In this document: positions 45,852 to 55,986 of the stretch, piece by piece
Layout of the letters: each line of letters starts with the position of its first letter
How positions within the stretch are numbered: the stretch's first letter is position 1
Assembly: GCF_032116555.1 (NCBI RefSeq)
Contig: NZ_CP134949.1
Coordinates: 2,294,001-2,358,000 of the forward strand
Direction: 5' to 3'
From: Halorarum halobium
GTDB taxonomy: Archaea > Halobacteriota > Halobacteria > Halobacteriales > Haloferacaceae
Length of the DNA stretch: 64,000 bases
The notes under the pieces: model-generated
Told to the model about the DNA's origin: nothing
The model's database searches: none
What the model saw: only the letters and a program-made list of their open reading frames with translations
Position numbers and translations under genes: made by a program

Positions 45852-47527
45852 GCGGGGAGTCGTCGGTCACGTCGGATCGCCCCGCCGGCGAGGAGGACGA
45901 CGACGGCGACGAGGGGTGGACCGGCACGGTGGCGCGAGCGTTCGCGGGCGTCCGTCGGCGGCCGGGGCTGCCCGTCACCCGCGCGGACCTGCCGTGGCTG
46001 GGCGGGCTGCTCGCCGTGGGACTGGCCGTCGTCGCCGCGTACCTGCTGACGAACCCCTATCCCGCCTACGGTGCCGGGCTGTACACCGTCATCGCGGACG
46101 CCATCCGGGCGGCCGGCTACGGGCTCCCCCGGGGTATCGAGGGGTACACGACCGAGCCGGTTCCCGTCGCGTACCCGCCGCTCGCGCTCTACGGCCTGGC
46201 GGTCCTCCGTGATCTGGGCGTCGGCACGTTCGCGGCGGCGCGATACGTCCCGCCGCTCGTCACCGTCGCCGCGCTCGTTCCAGTGTATCTACTCGGGCGT
46301 GACCTGCTGGGCCGTGGTCCGATCGGGACGGAACCGTCCGTGGGCGGACGGGTCGAGGGCCGGTTCGTCGGTCGCGCCGCCGGGGCCGCGTCCGCGCTCC
46401 TCGTCGGCCTGAACCCGCAAGTGCTGGAGTGGCACGTCTCGGCGGGCGGGCTGGTCCGGGCTCCCGCGTTCCTGTTCGCGCTCTCGAGCGCCTACGCCGG
46501 GCTCCGACTGTTCCGGGACCGGGACGCTGCGTGGCTCCCCGTGGCGCTGGGGACGTTCACCCTGACCGTCCTGACCCACCCGACGTACACGCTGTTCGTC
46601 GTCCTGACGGACCTGCTGTTCTGGGTCGGCTACGACCGGTCCGGCCCCGGCCTGCTTCGCGGTGCCGCCGTCGGCGTCGGCGGAGCCGTGCTGTCCGCGC
46701 CGTGGTGGCTCACCGTCGTCTCCCGGCACGGACCGGGCGTGTTCGCCGCCGCGGCGGGGACCCACGGCGGCGTCGGCGGCGGCCTGGCTGACGCCGCGAT
46801 CGGCTGGTCGCTGGTGCCGCTCGTCGCGGCCGGACTGCTCGCCATCACCGGGTGGCGCGTGCTGCCGGCGTGGGTCCTGCTCGCGTGGGTCGCGTTCGAC
46901 CAGCCCCGGTTCGTCTACGCCGTCGGCGCGTTCGCGCTCGTCGGCGTCGCGACGGAGTGCGCCGGACGGTTCCCGACGGCCCGGCCGCGGAACGGGGACC
47001 GGTTGCGACGGGTCGCGGTCGCCGTCCTCGTCTGCGTGGCGGCCGTCGGCGTCGGCAACCTCGCCTACTCGTTCGCCGGGGCGACCGACCCGACGACCCC
47101 CTCGTTCGTCGACGACGACGACGTCGCGGCGATGGAGTGGATCGCCGCCGAGACCGAGCCGGACGCGACGTTCGTCGTGCTCGGGGACGCCGCCGAGTGG
47201 TTCCCGGCCGTCGCCGAGCGGACCATCCTCGTCGCGCCCTGGGGTGCGGAGTGGCGGACGCCCGAGACGTACGACCGACAGCTGGGGGCGTTCGAGAACG
47301 CGTCGGTCTGCCGGAGCGTCGGCTGTCTCGACGCGGAACTCGCCACGACAGCTCCCACCCCCGCCCCCGACTACCTCTACGTCCCGCGCGGCGGCTACAC
47401 GGTTCGGGGGGACCGGCACGTCCAGTTCGGAACGCTGGAGCGGTCGCTCGAACTCGCCGGGGGCTACGAGCGGGTGTACGCGAACGAGGGCGTCGTCGTC
47501 TACCGGGTGGACGACGGGACGAACTGA
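45848..47527 (+). CDS. GT-C fold (ArnT/PMT-like) membrane glycosyltransferase
   Basis: AYPPLA loop, many TM helices, C-terminal AMEWI...EWFP soluble domain; ATGA overlap with the ASST gene. Confidence 0.7.
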   Translation: MSGESSVTSDRPAGEEDDDGDEGWTGTVARAFAGVRRRPGLPVTRADLPWLGGLLAVGLAVVAAYLLTNPYPAYGAGLYTVIADAIRAAGYGLPRGIEGYTTEPVPVAYPPLALYGLAVLRDLGVGTFAAARYVPPLVTVAALVPVYLLGRDLLGRGPIGTEPSVGGRVEGRFVGRAAGAASALLVGLNPQVLEWHVSAGGLVRAPAFLFALSSAYAGLRLFRDRDAAWLPVALGTFTLTVLTHPTYTLFVVLTDLLFWVGYDRSGPGLLRGAAVGVGGAVLSAPWWLTVVSRHGPGVFAAAAGTHGGVGGGLADAAIGWSLVPLVAAGLLAITGWRVLPAWVLLAWVAFDQPRFVYAVGAFALVGVATECAGRFPTARPRNGDRLRRVAVAVLVCVAAVGVGNLAYSFAGATDPTTPSFVDDDDVAAMEWIAAETEPDATFVVLGDAAEWFPAVAERTILVAPWGAEWRTPETYDRQLGAFENASVCRSVGCLDAELATTAPTPAPDYLYVPRGGYTVRGDRHVQFGTLERSLELAGGYERVYANEGVVVYRVDDGTN

Positions 47528-47656
47528 CTTCGGGTGCAGTCCGCCGTGCGAGGAGTGAGACGACCCATAGTTCCGGGGGAACGCCCGTAAGCACTACTTA
47601 CTCGGTGAAATCGCCACGAACGGTTAACGGCCTGGCTCCCGTACGGTCACAGAGTA

Positions 47657-49336
47657 ATGGCGAGCACGTCGCCGGAAACCTGGTTCAAGAACGCGGTCGT
47701 GTACGCCGTGGACGTCGAGACGTTCAACGATTCGAACGGCGACGGCGTCGGCGACTTCCCGGGACTGATGGAGAAGCTGGACTACCTCGACCGGCTGGGC
47801 GTCTCCGCGCTCTGGCTCCTCCCGTTCTACCCGACGCCGAACCGCGACAACGGCTACGACGTGGCGGACTACTACGGCGTCGACTCCCGGCTCGGCACGC
47901 TCGGCGACTTCGTGGAGTTCATGGACGAGGCCGAGGCCCACGGCATCCGCGTCCTCGTGGACCTCGTGGTGAACCACACGTCCGACCAGCATCCGTGGTT
48001 CCAGGCCGCCCGGCGCGACCCCGACTCGAAGTACCGCGACTACTACGTCTGGATCGAGGAGCGCCCGCCGCCGGACCCCGAGCGCGGGACGGTGTTCCCC
48101 GGCGAGGTCGAGGACGAGCGGGTGTGGACGTACGACGAGGAGGCCGGGGCGTACTACTACCACCGGTTCTACCCGTTCCAGCCCGACCTGAACCTCGCGA
48201 ACCCGGAGGTTCGCGCCGAGATCTACCGCATCATGAAGTTCTGGCTCGAACTCGGCGTGTCGGGGTTCCGCGTCGACGCCGCGACGCTGATGATCCAGCC
48301 CAAACACCCCGACGCCGAGCAGCTCGACGACCCCCACGAGGTGCTCCGGAGCCTCAAGCGCCACGCAGTCGCGCGCCGGAGCGACGCGGTCCTGCTCGCG
48401 GAGGCCGACGACGCGCCGGGGGAGCTGGCGTCGTACTTCGGGGACGGCGCGGAGATGGACCTGCTGATGAACTTCGTGCTCAACGCCCACCTGGTCGCCG
48501 CGCTCGCGACCGAGCGGGCGGCGCCACTTGCCGAGGGGCTCGAACGCCTCCCCCCGGCCGACGTTGGCCAGTGGATGAACTTCCTGCGCAACTACGACGA
48601 ACTCAACATCGGCCGGCTGCCGACGGACCTCCGTGAGACCGTGTTCGACAGGTTCGCGCCCGAGGAGGACATGCGGATCTACGGTCGGGGCATCCGCCGC
48701 CGGCTCGCGCCGATGCTCGAGGGCGACGAGCGCCGGATCAAGCTCGCGTTCAGCCTGCTGTTCTCGATGCCGGGGACGCCGATGCTGCTGTACGGCGACG
48801 AGATCGGGATGGGGGAGGACCTCTCGCTGCCCGGCCGGACGTCGGTCCGGACGCCGATGCAGTGGACCGACGAGGAGAACGGCGGCTTCTCGACGGCCGA
48901 CCCGGACGACCTGGTGCTCCCGGCCGTCTCCGGCGGGGAGTTCGGCTACGAGTCCGTGAACGTCGCCGCCCAGCGCGCGGAGGCCGAGTCGCTGCTCAAC
49001 TGGATGGAGCGGCTCATCGCGACGCGCCGGGAGAGCACCGAGATCGGCGAGGGGGAGTTCAGCGTGCTCGAGGCCGACGACCCGTGCGCGTTCGCCCACC
49101 GGTACGACTACGACGGGAACTCGGTCGTCTGCGTCCACAACCTCGCCGACGAGACGTGTTCCCTGGAGTTCGATCTGGAACTCCGCGAGGGGGACGCGCT
49201 CTACCCCCTGCTCGGCACCGCGGACCACGCTCGCCACGACGACGGGAGCTGTGCGGTCACGCTCGAGGAGTACGGCTACATCTGGCTCAGACTCCACCGG
49301 ACCGGCGCCGGCTCGGGCGGTCACTCGAGCGCGTAG
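47657..49336 (+). CDS. GH13 trehalose synthase-like / alpha-amylase family protein
   Basis: DNGYDVADY, DLVVNHTS, GFRVDA, FLRNYDEL, GIRRRLAPM, YGDEIGMG. Confidence 0.88.
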   Translation: MASTSPETWFKNAVVYAVDVETFNDSNGDGVGDFPGLMEKLDYLDRLGVSALWLLPFYPTPNRDNGYDVADYYGVDSRLGTLGDFVEFMDEAEAHGIRVLVDLVVNHTSDQHPWFQAARRDPDSKYRDYYVWIEERPPPDPERGTVFPGEVEDERVWTYDEEAGAYYYHRFYPFQPDLNLANPEVRAEIYRIMKFWLELGVSGFRVDAATLMIQPKHPDAEQLDDPHEVLRSLKRHAVARRSDAVLLAEADDAPGELASYFGDGAEMDLLMNFVLNAHLVAALATERAAPLAEGLERLPPADVGQWMNFLRNYDELNIGRLPTDLRETVFDRFAPEEDMRIYGRGIRRRLAPMLEGDERRIKLAFSLLFSMPGTPMLLYGDEIGMGEDLSLPGRTSVRTPMQWTDEENGGFSTADPDDLVLPAVSGGEFGYESVNVAAQRAEAESLLNWMERLIATRRESTEIGEGEFSVLEADDPCAFAHRYDYDGNSVVCVHNLADETCSLEFDLELREGDALYPLLGTADHARHDDGSCAVTLEEYGYIWLRLHRTGAGSGGHSSA

Positions 49337-51066
49337 ACCCTCGCCTCGTAGGGTCGGAGGTCGAACCGATCCGGCCGCGTGGGACCCTCGACCTCGTAGT
49401 TCGCCAGCAGGAGGTCGGCGGCGTCGTACTCGATGCCGTCCGGGAGTTCGAACGCGGGCTCGCCGTCAGTGAAGTTCAGGACGACGAGCGCTCGCTCCTC
49501 GCCGAGCGTCCGCAGGTAGGCGTACAGTTCAGGGTCATCGGGGAGCAGCAGGTCGTAGTCGCCGTAGACGAGCACGTCGTTGTCGTGCCGCAGGTCGATG
49601 ACGCGCCGGTAGTAGTGCCAGAGCGAGTCGGGGTCGGCGCGGGCCTCGGCGACGTTCACCTCCGGGTAGTTGGGGTTGACCGCGAGCCACGGCTCGCCGG
49701 TCGTGAAGCCGGCGTTGTCCGCCGGCGACCACTGCATCGGCGTCCGGGCGTTGTCCCGGCTCCCGTACCGGACCGCCTCGCCGATGTCCGCGAAGTTCTC
49801 CACGTCGTCGCGTTCGAGCATCCGCTCGACGTACCGCAGCGTCTCCACGTCGATGAACTTCCCGACGCTCTCGAACGGGACGTTCGTCATGCCGATCTCC
49901 TCGCCCTGGTAGACGAACGGCGTCCCGCGGAGCGTGTGGAGGAACGTGGCGAGCATCGTCGCGGACCGGACCCGGTAGTCCTCGTCGCCAAAGCGGGAGA
50001 CCATCCGCGGCTGGTCGTGGTTGTTGAGATACAGCGCGTTCCAGCCGTCCTCGGCCAACCCCCGCTGCCAGCGGGTGAACGTCTCCTTCAGCTCCGCGAG
50101 GTCCCAGTCCCGGAAGTCCCAGTCGCCGCCCTCGCCGGCGTCGAGCCGCATGTGCTCGAAGTGAAACACCATGTCGAGCGGGCCGTCGCGCCCGACGTAC
50201 TCGCGTGCGTCCTCGACGGCGATGCCGGGCATCTCGCCCACGGTGACGACGTCGTACTCGGAGAGCACTTCCTCGTGCATCTCGCCGAGGTACTCGTGGA
50301 TGTGTGGCCCGTTGATGAAGTGCTCGCTGCCGGTGACGACCGCGCCCTCGTGACCGTCCGGGAGGCCGTCGGCCTTCGAGAGGAAGTTGATCACGTCCAT
50401 CCGGAAGCCGTCGACGTCGCGGTCGAGCCACCAGCGCATCAAGTCGTAGACGTCCCCGCGGACGGCCGGGTTCCTCCAGTTCAGGTCGGGCTGTTTCCCG
50501 TCGAACAGGTGGAGGTAGTACTCCCCGCGCACCTCGTCGTACGTCCAGGCCGGGCCGCCGAACAGCGACTCCCAGTTGTTCGGCATCGCGGCCGGGTCGT
50601 CGGGGTCGACCCCGTTCCCCAGGGAGGCCCGGTCGCCCTCGCGCCAGACGTAGTAGTCGGTGTACGGGTCGACCTCCCGGCGCGACTTCTCGAACCACTC
50701 GTGCTCGTCGGACGTGTGGTTCACCACGAGGTCCATGATGAGCCGGATGTCGCGGTCGTGGAGGTCGTCCCGGAGTCCCTCCCAGTCGCCCATCGTGCCG
50801 TATTCCGGAAGGATCGAGCGGTAGTCGCGGATGTCGTAGCCGAAGTCCGCGAGCGGAGAGTCGTAGACGGGCGTCAGCCAGACCAGGTCGACCCCGAGGT
50901 CGTCGAGGTACTCGACCTTCTCGCGGATGCCGGGGAGGTCGCCGACGCCGTTGCCGGTCGAGTCGAAGAAGCTCCGGGGGTAGATCTCGTAGGCGACGGC
51001 CTCCTTCCACCACGCTCGGTCCGGTTCCGCGACGCTCGCGGCGGCCTGGGACGATGAGGGGTCCAT
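49321..51066 (-). CDS. GH13 oligo-1,6-glucosidase / alpha-glucosidase
   Basis: YEIYPRSF, QPDLNW, GFRMDVIN, NNHDQPR, YQGEEIGMTN, SRDNARTPMQW. Confidence 0.93.
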   Translation of the reverse strand: MDPSSSQAAASVAEPDRAWWKEAVAYEIYPRSFFDSTGNGVGDLPGIREKVEYLDDLGVDLVWLTPVYDSPLADFGYDIRDYRSILPEYGTMGDWEGLRDDLHDRDIRLIMDLVVNHTSDEHEWFEKSRREVDPYTDYYVWREGDRASLGNGVDPDDPAAMPNNWESLFGGPAWTYDEVRGEYYLHLFDGKQPDLNWRNPAVRGDVYDLMRWWLDRDVDGFRMDVINFLSKADGLPDGHEGAVVTGSEHFINGPHIHEYLGEMHEEVLSEYDVVTVGEMPGIAVEDAREYVGRDGPLDMVFHFEHMRLDAGEGGDWDFRDWDLAELKETFTRWQRGLAEDGWNALYLNNHDQPRMVSRFGDEDYRVRSATMLATFLHTLRGTPFVYQGEEIGMTNVPFESVGKFIDVETLRYVERMLERDDVENFADIGEAVRYGSRDNARTPMQWSPADNAGFTTGEPWLAVNPNYPEVNVAEARADPDSLWHYYRRVIDLRHDNDVLVYGDYDLLLPDDPELYAYLRTLGEERALVVLNFTDGEPAFELPDGIEYDAADLLLANYEVEGPTRPDRFDLRPYEARVYALE

Positions 51067-51135
51067 TCGGTCCTCCCTAGGCCGTCGACGTAGGAAAGGG
51101 TTGAGTCGGTGGGGCCGTGTCGGGCCGACCCGGGT

Positions 51136-51885
51136 TCAGAACCCGCCCCAGCGGAGGGCCACCATGACGACGATGATGGCGAGCTGGAACGCGCCCTGGA
51201 CGCCGCTCAGTTTCGCGTTCCGCAGGCCGATGGTGCTGATGACGTTCGGGTCCGGGTCCGACGAGACCATCTCGCGGTACATGCGCGTCTCGCCGGGCAT
51301 GAGCACGCCGAACCCGAGGAACGTGAGCACGGTGACGATGCCGAGCGCGAGCGCGATGAGGGGGTTCGTCGGCCCGAACTGGCCGATGCTGGAGAGCAGG
51401 TAGGCGACGCTGCCGCCGCCGACGAGGAGGAACGCTGCCCACCAGCGGCGGTCGCGGAACGCGTCGAACTGGTAGCCGATCGAGAGCAGCGCCGGCACCA
51501 TCGACGCCGTGGCGAACAGCGCGATCCACGGGTCCGCGTTCGGGAAGATGCCGAGCCGGAGCGCGAGCAGGATGCCGCCGAAGATGGTCGTGAACGCGAG
51601 CGCGGGCATCAGGAACGTCATCTTCGGGGTGAACCGCTGGAACACGCTCGCGCGTTCCTCGACCGCGAGCCCGCCCAGCACGGGGCCCAGAACGAGCGCC
51701 ATGAACAGGTCGGTGCCGGTCCACAGCACCCCTGCCATCACGTGGACGAAGGTGAGCTGCTGGACGGTTCCCCAGAGCGCGGTCGCGGCGAGCGCCCCGA
51801 ACGGGACGGCGAGCGCGCCCACGCTGAACGCCGGGTTCGCCCGGCCCGCCATGCCACGGATCGTGCCACGAACTGTCGCAGCCAT
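51136..51885 (-). CDS. Conserved multi-pass membrane protein
   Basis: HVMAGVLWTGTD motif, about seven TM segments; start could be 51852. Confidence 0.75.
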   Translation of the reverse strand: MAATVRGTIRGMAGRANPAFSVGALAVPFGALAATALWGTVQQLTFVHVMAGVLWTGTDLFMALVLGPVLGGLAVEERASVFQRFTPKMTFLMPALAFTTIFGGILLALRLGIFPNADPWIALFATASMVPALLSIGYQFDAFRDRRWWAAFLLVGGGSVAYLLSSIGQFGPTNPLIALALGIVTVLTFLGFGVLMPGETRMYREMVSSDPDPNVISTIGLRNAKLSGVQGAFQLAIIVVMVALRWGGF

Positions 51886-52015
51886 GGCGGGTCAACGTCG
51901 ACAGATCGCCTAATAGGTTCCGAAACTGTCAACCGGTTACAAAACTGCGAACCGTGGCCCGCGCTCCGGCGGGAGGTGGTGCACACGAGACGGATCGAGC
52001 GCCGTGAACGGGCCC

Positions 52016-53542
52016 TCAGCCGCCCCGCTCCCGACGGGCGATCGTCTCCGCGACGTCGGCGTACTCAAGCTCGTGTCGGAAACACTGGCTCCGGGAGCCG
52101 CCGCCGGCGTCGTAGGTGTCCGGGTCCTCCCGGTCACAGCGGGAGCCGAACTCGCTCCGGAGACGCTCTGCCGCGCCAGCGTCGTCGCCCGCGCGTGCCA
52201 GTTCGACGGCCTGGTCCACGACGTCCCGTGCCTCGGGCGGGAGGTCGTGGCCCTCGAGGAGATCCGAGACGGTCTCGTCGAGCTCCCGGCCGGCGACGTC
52301 CATCCCGAGGACGCCCTTCACCGTCTCGACCGCCGAGTTCTCCGCCCGCGCCCTGGTCCGGAAGACGACGTGGAGTTCGTCCAGCGCGCGCCACGTCGCC
52401 TCCGGAAGCTCCCGGTCGTCGGGGCGGATCTTCGCCGGACAGCGCGTGGCGAACGGACAGCCCTCCGGCGGTTCGCGGGGGCTCGGCGGGGTCCCCCTGA
52501 GGGTGACGCGGCCGCCCTCCCACGGCGACCCGCTGCCGGGAATGGCAGAGAGCAGCGACACGGTGTACGGGTGGGACGGGTTCGAGTAGACCGACTCGGT
52601 CGGGCCGAGTTCCACGACGTTGCCCAGATACATCACCGCCACGCGGTCGGCGATGTGGCGCACGACCGACAGGTCGTGGGCGATGAACAGGTAGGTGAGC
52701 CCCAGGTCGTCCTGGAGGTCCTCCAGCAGGTTGATGATGCGGGCCTGGACGGAGACGTCGAGCGCCGAGACGGGTTCGTCGAGGACGACGAACTCCGGTT
52801 CGAGCGCGAGCGCGCGGGCGATGCCGACCCGCTGGCGCTGCCCGCCCGAGAACTGGTGGGGGTAGCGGTAGAAGTGCTCCTCGTTCAGGCCGACCCTGTC
52901 GAGGAGCCCGAACACGCGGTCGCGGCGCATCTCGGCCTTCCCCTTCCCGACGGTCACCGAAACGGTGCGGTCCTGGCCCCCGCCGGTCACGGAGACTGAG
53001 ACGTCCTCCGCGGTGAGCGGGAGCCCGGACCGGACGCTCACCTCGGGGTCACCGGCCGCCAGGCTGACGGTGATGTCCGGGGTGTCGTCGTCGGGCCCCG
53101 CTTCGGTGACCGCGCTGCCGGCGACCTCCGCGTCGGCGCCCTCGACCGCGACCGGCAGGAACGGCCAGTCGTGGGTGTCGAGCGGCTCGCGGACGATCTC
53201 GCCGATCGTCATCCGGTCGTTCAGGCTCTCCTGGGGGTCCTGGAACACCATCCCGACCCGGCGCTGCCAGGCGCGGCGTTCGGCCCGGCCGAGTTCGGTC
53301 ACGTCGCGGCCCTCCGACCGGACCGTCCCGCCGGTCGCGGTTTCGAGCCCCAGGATCGTCCGGCCGAGCGTCGTCTTCCCGCAGCCGGACTCGCCGACGA
53401 GCCCCAGCGTCTCGCCCTCGTGGATGTCGAAGGAGACGCCGTCGACCGCCTGCACCGGCGGGGTCGAGGTGAGCAGGCTGCCGTCCCGGTAGTACGTCTT
53501 CACGTCCTGCAGCGAGACGATCGGCTCCTCCCTGGCGGTCAT
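52016..53542 (-). CDS. dppF: Peptide ABC transporter ATP-binding protein (DppF/OppF) with internal insertion
   Basis: GESGCGKT, FSGGQRQR, LDEPVSALD, HPYT, GCPFATRCP. Confidence 0.93.
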   Translation of the reverse strand: MTAREEPIVSLQDVKTYYRDGSLLTSTPPVQAVDGVSFDIHEGETLGLVGESGCGKTTLGRTILGLETATGGTVRSEGRDVTELGRAERRAWQRRVGMVFQDPQESLNDRMTIGEIVREPLDTHDWPFLPVAVEGADAEVAGSAVTEAGPDDDTPDITVSLAAGDPEVSVRSGLPLTAEDVSVSVTGGGQDRTVSVTVGKGKAEMRRDRVFGLLDRVGLNEEHFYRYPHQFSGGQRQRVGIARALALEPEFVVLDEPVSALDVSVQARIINLLEDLQDDLGLTYLFIAHDLSVVRHIADRVAVMYLGNVVELGPTESVYSNPSHPYTVSLLSAIPGSGSPWEGGRVTLRGTPPSPREPPEGCPFATRCPAKIRPDDRELPEATWRALDELHVVFRTRARAENSAVETVKGVLGMDVAGRELDETVSDLLEGHDLPPEARDVVDQAVELARAGDDAGAAERLRSEFGSRCDREDPDTYDAGGGSRSQCFRHELEYADVAETIARRERGG

Positions 53543-54552
53543 CGCGGCTCACCCCCGCCGTCGACGGCCGATCCGTGCGCGTCGTCGTCGGCCCCGTCGT
53601 GGAGCAGACACGCCGCCGACCGGTCCTCGCCCTCGATGGCGACGTGCTCGGGCGCGACCTGCCGGCAGTCCTCGAACGCGTCGGGACACCGCGGCGCGAA
53701 GCGACACTCGGTCGCCGGCCCCGTCGGCGTCGGCACCTCGCCCCCGATGGTCGGGAGGCGCTCGTCGGGGTCGGTCCGGCCGGGAATGCTCTTGAGAAGC
53801 GCGCGGGTGTACGGGTGTGCCGGATCCTCGAACAGCGCCCCGGTCGGGGCGCGTTCGACGATCTCGCCGGCGTAGATGACGTTCACCCGGTCGGTGGCGT
53901 CCTCGATGACGCCCATGTCGTGGGTGATGAAAAGCACCGCCAGGTTCTCCTCGCGCTGGAGGTCCGCGAGCAGTTCGAGGATCTGCGCCTGGATGGTCAC
54001 GTCCAGGGCCGTCGTCGGCTCGTCACAGACGAGCAGGTCCGGGTCACAGGCGAGCGCCATGGCGATGACCGCGCGCTGTTGCATTCCGCCCGAGAGCTGG
54101 TGGGGGTACTCGTCGACGCGGCGGGGGGCGTCGGGGATGCCGACGTCCTCGAGCAGTTCGACGGCCCGCCTCGTCGCCGCCGAACCGCGGAGGTTCTGGT
54201 GGATGCGCAGCGCCTCCTTGATCTGGTTACCGACCGTGTACACCGGGTTCAGCGAGTTGCTCGGGTCCTGGAACACGATGGCGATGTCCCCGCGGTGGTC
54301 GTCCCAGTTGTCCTGCGTGAGGTCGTCGCCGCGATAGGTGATCGACCCACCCTCGATGGAGCCGGGCGACTCGACGAGCCCGAGGATCGACCGCGCGGTC
54401 ACGGACTTGCCGGAGCCGGACTCGCCGACGAGCCCGACCGTCTCGCCCTCGTCGACCTCGAAGGAGACGCCGTCGACGGCGTGGATCGTCTCGCGCTCGG
54501 TGTGGAACACGACCTCGAGGTCCTGCACGTCGAGCAGGGGGTCGGCGCTCAT
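53539..54552 (-). CDS. dppD: Peptide ABC transporter ATP-binding protein (DppD/OppD)
   Basis: GESGSGKS, LSGGMQQR, DEPTTALD, CRFAPRC. Confidence 0.95.
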   Translation of the reverse strand: MSADPLLDVQDLEVVFHTERETIHAVDGVSFEVDEGETVGLVGESGSGKSVTARSILGLVESPGSIEGGSITYRGDDLTQDNWDDHRGDIAIVFQDPSNSLNPVYTVGNQIKEALRIHQNLRGSAATRRAVELLEDVGIPDAPRRVDEYPHQLSGGMQQRAVIAMALACDPDLLVCDEPTTALDVTIQAQILELLADLQREENLAVLFITHDMGVIEDATDRVNVIYAGEIVERAPTGALFEDPAHPYTRALLKSIPGRTDPDERLPTIGGEVPTPTGPATECRFAPRCPDAFEDCRQVAPEHVAIEGEDRSAACLLHDGADDDAHGSAVDGGGEPR

Positions 54553-55985
54553 GCGCCACCACCCCGCCCGGCCGCGCTCTCGCCGGCGGCATCCGAGCGC
54601 GGGTCGATGGCGTCACGAATGCCGTCGCCCAGCGCGTTGAAGCCGGTCACGACGAGCGTGATGAGCAGTCCCGGGATGAGCGAGATGTGCCACGAGCCGG
54701 TGTTCACGTAGTCCTGCCCGAGGTTGATCGCCCGGCCCCACTCGGGGGTCGGGGGTGCGACGCCCAGCCCGAGGAACGAGAGGCCCGCGATGGCGATGAT
54801 CGCGCCCCCGAGCGTCATCGAGCCGTAGATGAGCAGGTAGCCGGTGATGTAGGGGAGCATGTGTTTCCGCATGATGGTGCGCGGGCGCTGGCCGAAGCTC
54901 TCGGCCGCGTCGATCCACTGGCGCTGTGACACCTGGAGTGCTGGTCCGCGTAACGAGCGCCACATGTACGTCCATCCGGTGAACGCGAAGATGAGCGCCA
55001 GGATGAACGCGCCGCTGTAGAGCCCCCCGATCCAGGTGTCGGCCAGCACCGTCGTGAGCATGATCAACAACAGCAGCTGTGGCATCGCCATCACGGAGTC
55101 GGAGACGAGCACCATCCCCAGGTCGATCCGGCCCTTGTAGTAGGCCGCCACGAGCGCGAGCGAGGCCGCGATGCCGGCGCTCAGCCCGACCGAGAGCAGC
55201 CCGATGACGAGCGAGATGCGCGAGCCGACGGCGATGAAGGTGAACAGGTCCCTGCCGGTCGGGAGCGTCCCGAACGGGTGGAACCGGCCGAAGTCGTCGT
55301 ACTGCATCGGCAACACCCGGTCGGCGCTGTCGCCCCGGGACTGGGAGGCGAGGTTCGCCTCGCCCACGAGGGTCGTCTGCACCTCCTCCGTCTCGGCGTT
55401 CCAGTACTGCATCTCGTGGTCGTAGGAGTTCCGCATGTTCTTGTCGACGGTCGTCGGCCCCAGCGCCGGGGCGAACACGGCCATCACGACGAACATGAAC
55501 ACGACGACGAGCCCGAAGATGCCCCAGCCGTGCGAGCGGAAGCGGTCGATCACGTCGTCGCGGGGCGTCCAGTCGGCGGCCCGGAACTCGCGGCGGTACA
55601 GCCGGTAGCCGAGCACCGCCCACCCGGCCAGCGCGAAGGCGTACAGGTAGATCAGCGCGACCCTGACGCCCCACGCGAGGCCGGGGCGCAGGCCGAGGAA
55701 GGTGTCCACCCAGCGGCTGCCGTTCCAGTAGCCGCCGTTGGGGATCGTCTCGCGGGAGAGCAGCGTCGGGATCTCGGCGGCCGAACGGGCGAGCCCCTCG
55801 ACGAACGCCGTCCCCGGGAGCGCCGCGGCGGCGAACCCGTCGGCCAACAGGGAGACGAGGAACGTCACGGCCGCGCCGGCTTCCAGCGCGAGCAGGGCGA
55901 CGCCGATCCCGGCCCACACGAGCACGGGGGAGTCCGTCGGGAGGACGGTCGATTCGGCGGTTCTGTCGCCGTGAGCCCGTGCCAT
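54549..55985 (-). CDS. dppC: Peptide ABC transporter permease (DppC/OppC) with N-terminal membrane extension
   Basis: HPFGT...GRD, EAA-like loop DAAESFG, LSFLGLG, PEWG, NALGDGIRDAIDPR. Confidence 0.93.
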   Translation of the reverse strand: MARAHGDRTAESTVLPTDSPVLVWAGIGVALLALEAGAAVTFLVSLLADGFAAAALPGTAFVEGLARSAAEIPTLLSRETIPNGGYWNGSRWVDTFLGLRPGLAWGVRVALIYLYAFALAGWAVLGYRLYRREFRAADWTPRDDVIDRFRSHGWGIFGLVVVFMFVVMAVFAPALGPTTVDKNMRNSYDHEMQYWNAETEEVQTTLVGEANLASQSRGDSADRVLPMQYDDFGRFHPFGTLPTGRDLFTFIAVGSRISLVIGLLSVGLSAGIAASLALVAAYYKGRIDLGMVLVSDSVMAMPQLLLLIMLTTVLADTWIGGLYSGAFILALIFAFTGWTYMWRSLRGPALQVSQRQWIDAAESFGQRPRTIMRKHMLPYITGYLLIYGSMTLGGAIIAIAGLSFLGLGVAPPTPEWGRAINLGQDYVNTGSWHISLIPGLLITLVVTGFNALGDGIRDAIDPRSDAAGESAAGRGGGA

Positions 55986-55986
55986 C

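Noticed and set aside
47590..47656. TrmB-type sugar regulator site upstream of the TreS-like gene
   Set aside because: Only a partial match (TACG-N7-AGTA) to the TACT...AGTA palindrome; too weak to call
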